A stretch of DNA of 64,000 nucleotides. Origin: a virus. Taxonomy: Duplodnaviria; Caudoviricetes. A model generated the notes under the pieces. It worked only from the letters and a program-made list of their open reading frames with translations, did no database searches and was not told where the DNA came from. Made by a program: the position numbers and the translations under genes. Every line of letters starts with the position of its first letter. Positions within the stretch are counted from its first letter, which is position 1. Location of the stretch: IMG/VR virus record IMGVR_UViG_3300013947_000019, positions 195,864-259,863 of that record; one strand, written 5' to 3'. This document shows positions 61,848 through 64,000 of the stretch, piece by piece.

Positions 61848-63092
61848 TTATTCGATATCGTTGAGAACATCTGCGACATCTTCGGTAACCTTATCAGTTT
61901 TCTCGATAGGAGTAAAACTATCCTCATCGACCTGAATATACCCAGAGGTACCAATATCAGAAGTATAATCAGGCTCGTCTCCATTGATCGTCTTAGTATA
62001 TACGTTGAACAGATATACCAGCAGATTCAACAGGAATGTGCGCAGAGTCTTACCAAAATTCTCCTTGCGAGTCTTGGAGATAGAAGACTCCTCCAGCATA
62101 CACATATCAATGATATCACCAATCTTGAAAGAACAAGCAACATGGATATTCTTAGGATCCTTCAGAGCACCATGATACATGATATAAGTGATATCAACAT
62201 CACGCAGATTAATCTCAGTATCCACAGCATCACTATACTGAATATGGATCTTAGATGCACCAAGAACCAGATTGATCATATTTGTAGAAACACCAGACTG
62301 GCCCAGATACATTGTCATCATGGACAGGAAAGGAGTCTCAAAATACTCTACAAACTTAGAGATCTTTTTCTCAGTAGCCTTCGTGTCAGGAAGAGTATCC
62401 AGAGTAACATTGGTTTTCTCCATGAACTCCTTGATGTCATCTGTCATCATGGATCTGAATGCTTCATAGAAACGATATGGAACAGGACGATCAGAAGAAC
62501 CAAGGAAAGCCATAGGAATCTTATTCTGAATGATATTAGACATCGTCTCCACGACAACCTTACGAATCAGAATAATCTGCTCCACAAATGCATTCGGAGT
62601 ATACAGATCAAACTGCATATAGGAATTCTTGGGAAGCTTAGCCAGATCAGGAATAGAAATCTGTGCATACTGCAGACTAGTCAGATACTTAGAAGAATCC
62701 TTGTCATTCTTCATAAAAGTAATAGCAGCGGTTGCAATAGAATAGATTGTATAGTTATCCCAGATGCCAACATACTTCATCTTCGCAGACTCAATACTAT
62801 CCAGAATATCATTGGTGATGTACTGGCAAATAGCAGACATCATCATACGATCGACCAGATCAACATGCTCACCCATGATTGCTTCCAGATCAATATGATG
62901 TTTGAAGAAAGTCTCAATATCCATATTCTTCTCCAAAATCTTCAGAACAGGAATATTTGCAGACTTAAACTGATTCATGAAGATACGATTAACCTCTGTA
63001 ACTACCTTCTTAGTAGAAGCAGAAATCTTATCGGAAGACAGATCAATCATCTTCACCTTGCTCTTATCAAAAGGAACTGCTTTAGTAGCCAT
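61848..63092 (-). CDS. hypothetical protein
   Basis: 414 aa, SD AAGGAG. Confidence 0.75.
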   Translation of the reverse strand: MATKAVPFDKSKVKMIDLSSDKISASTKKVVTEVNRIFMNQFKSANIPVLKILEKNMDIETFFKHHIDLEAIMGEHVDLVDRMMMSAICQYITNDILDSIESAKMKYVGIWDNYTIYSIATAAITFMKNDKDSSKYLTSLQYAQISIPDLAKLPKNSYMQFDLYTPNAFVEQIILIRKVVVETMSNIIQNKIPMAFLGSSDRPVPYRFYEAFRSMMTDDIKEFMEKTNVTLDTLPDTKATEKKISKFVEYFETPFLSMMTMYLGQSGVSTNMINLVLGASKIHIQYSDAVDTEINLRDVDITYIMYHGALKDPKNIHVACSFKIGDIIDMCMLEESSISKTRKENFGKTLRTFLLNLLVYLFNVYTKTINGDEPDYTSDIGTSGYIQVDEDSFTPIEKTDKVTEDVADVLNDIE

Positions 63093-63186
63093 AGTAGATT
63101 ACTCCTTTATATAGTAAGTTTATATAAAAGTTCACTGAATAGAAAAAGAAAACCCGGGGATATTTCACCCCGGGTTATTTCTTTCT

Positions 63187-64000
63187 TTAGTCCTTGAAGA
63201 AATTCAGAGCAGACATATCCATGTCACTCGGAGCAATCTTCTTGGAAACTTTACCCAACGGGTTACCCATATCAGCCATAATATCGCCGATAGAAGATCC
63301 AGACTTCTTGACATTATTCATGATCTCATCATACCGCTGCTTCATCAGCCACAGACGATCGCCAGGTTCATCAACACCAGTCATGACAATCCCAACATAG
63401 GGATCTTCGGCAATTTCCAGATGGAAATACCGAACTGCAGCATTACCATACTTTGCAGCCAACTGACTCAGAGTCGTATCAGCATTCCGCACAAAGTCCT
63501 CAGGGCCTTTCAGGAACAAACCGATGCCGTCAACCCCCAAGGGAGCAGGCATAGAAGACTGCGTGATCATTGTATCAATGAAATCATCAAGAGTCTGACC
63601 AACTACAGGACGGCCCTGCTTACCATACACACAGATACGACCACCGATATGCTTCAACAGCATATACATGTCTCGGTTATCGATAGCACTGATATTGGTA
63701 GGACCGAACATAGCACCAGACAGAATTTTGATAGCCTGTGCGGCTTCGTCATTGATCTTCTTATGTACCAGCAATTTAGCAGGATTAGAAGGATCGTTAT
63801 TATCCAGAATGATATAGGGGCATTCTGTCTTCTCAATCTCAGACTGCCACTGCAGAGCATTGAACTGAGCAGTAGCATCCTCAGAAAGAGCAGGATATAC
63901 ACCCATGATAATCACAGGAACATCCATATTATCATTCAGGAACTTAGCGATCATCGGAGATACACCGCCACCAGTACCACCATCAGCAGTAGTGGTAACA
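63187..64000 (-). CDS. phuZ: tubulin/FtsZ-family protein, PhuZ-like (start lies beyond window end)
   Basis: Frame extends past 63954: TTADGGTGGGVSP tubulin signature; IILDN; SAIDNRD (T7-loop-like). Confidence 0.8.
   Translation of the reverse strand, partial: VTTTADGGTGGGVSPMIAKFLNDNMDVPVIIMGVYPALSEDATAQFNALQWQSEIEKTECPYIILDNNDPSNPAKLLVHKKINDEAAQAIKILSGAMFGPTNISAIDNRDMYMLLKHIGGRICVYGKQGRPVVGQTLDDFIDTMITQSSMPAPLGVDGIGLFLKGPEDFVRNADTTLSQLAAKYGNAAVRYFHLEIAEDPYVGIVMTGVDEPGDRLWLMKQRYDEIMNNVKKSGSSIGDIMADMGNPLGKVSKKIAPSDMDMSALNFFKD

Noticed and set aside
59895-63092. Chimallin or sigma-like RNAP subunit among the tubulin neighbours
   Set aside because: No motif I can recognise; needs a structure-based search.
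6001-63180. Family of CCCCGGG/CCCCTCC inverted repeats as a mobile repeat or MITE
   Set aside because: Short hairpins with A/T tracts at gene ends; best explained as (bidirectional) intrinsic terminators.
19561-63197. Long antisense ORFs (19561-20247, 20325-21971, 33177-34988, 38031-38687, 38886-39797, 50902-51711, 60789-61784, 62142-63197)
   Set aside because: Shadows of strongly codon-biased genes on the opposite strand; no SD or recognisable motifs.
1-64000. Stop-codon reassignment; tRNA or rRNA genes
   Set aside because: Conserved genes are full length under code 11 and use all three stops; no cloverleaf or rRNA-like sequence was recognised.

Overview
This window is 64 kb of a jumbo myophage of the phiKZ/AR9(PBS1)-like type. 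It uses the standard genetic code and Firmicute-style Shine-Dalgarno sites; a gut Clostridia host is an inference. It encodes four pieces of split multisubunit RNA polymerase, major capsid, prohead protease, tail sheath and tube, baseplate proteins, an amidase endolysin, NAD-dependent ligase, a RecA-like protein, a Dps-like protein, an HU-like protein, a PhuZ-like tubulin and two free-standing HNH endonucleases. Two phage promoter classes are visible by eye. Five features stand out. (1) A stand-alone RAMP/Cas7-like gene (37731-38660) is followed by a ~475-nt non-coding array of 14 units with strict 5-nt periodicity: a candidate non-CRISPR RNA-guided system. (2) The catalytic GADYDGD motif of an RNAP beta' subunit is split by two tandem group I introns around a 2-nt exon, and the pairings imply an obligatory splicing order. 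(3) A terminal peptide motif [DN]x[DE]GF[IM]xL occurs 8 times in 6 proteins of at least five unrelated families, most of them nucleic-acid enzymes. (4) Three start-less tail-fibre cassettes each begin with the same dyad-symmetric 25-bp site. (5) A probable -1 frameshift joins the baseplate/tail chaperone to the next ORF. All family assignments come from motifs read by eye; no database searches were run.
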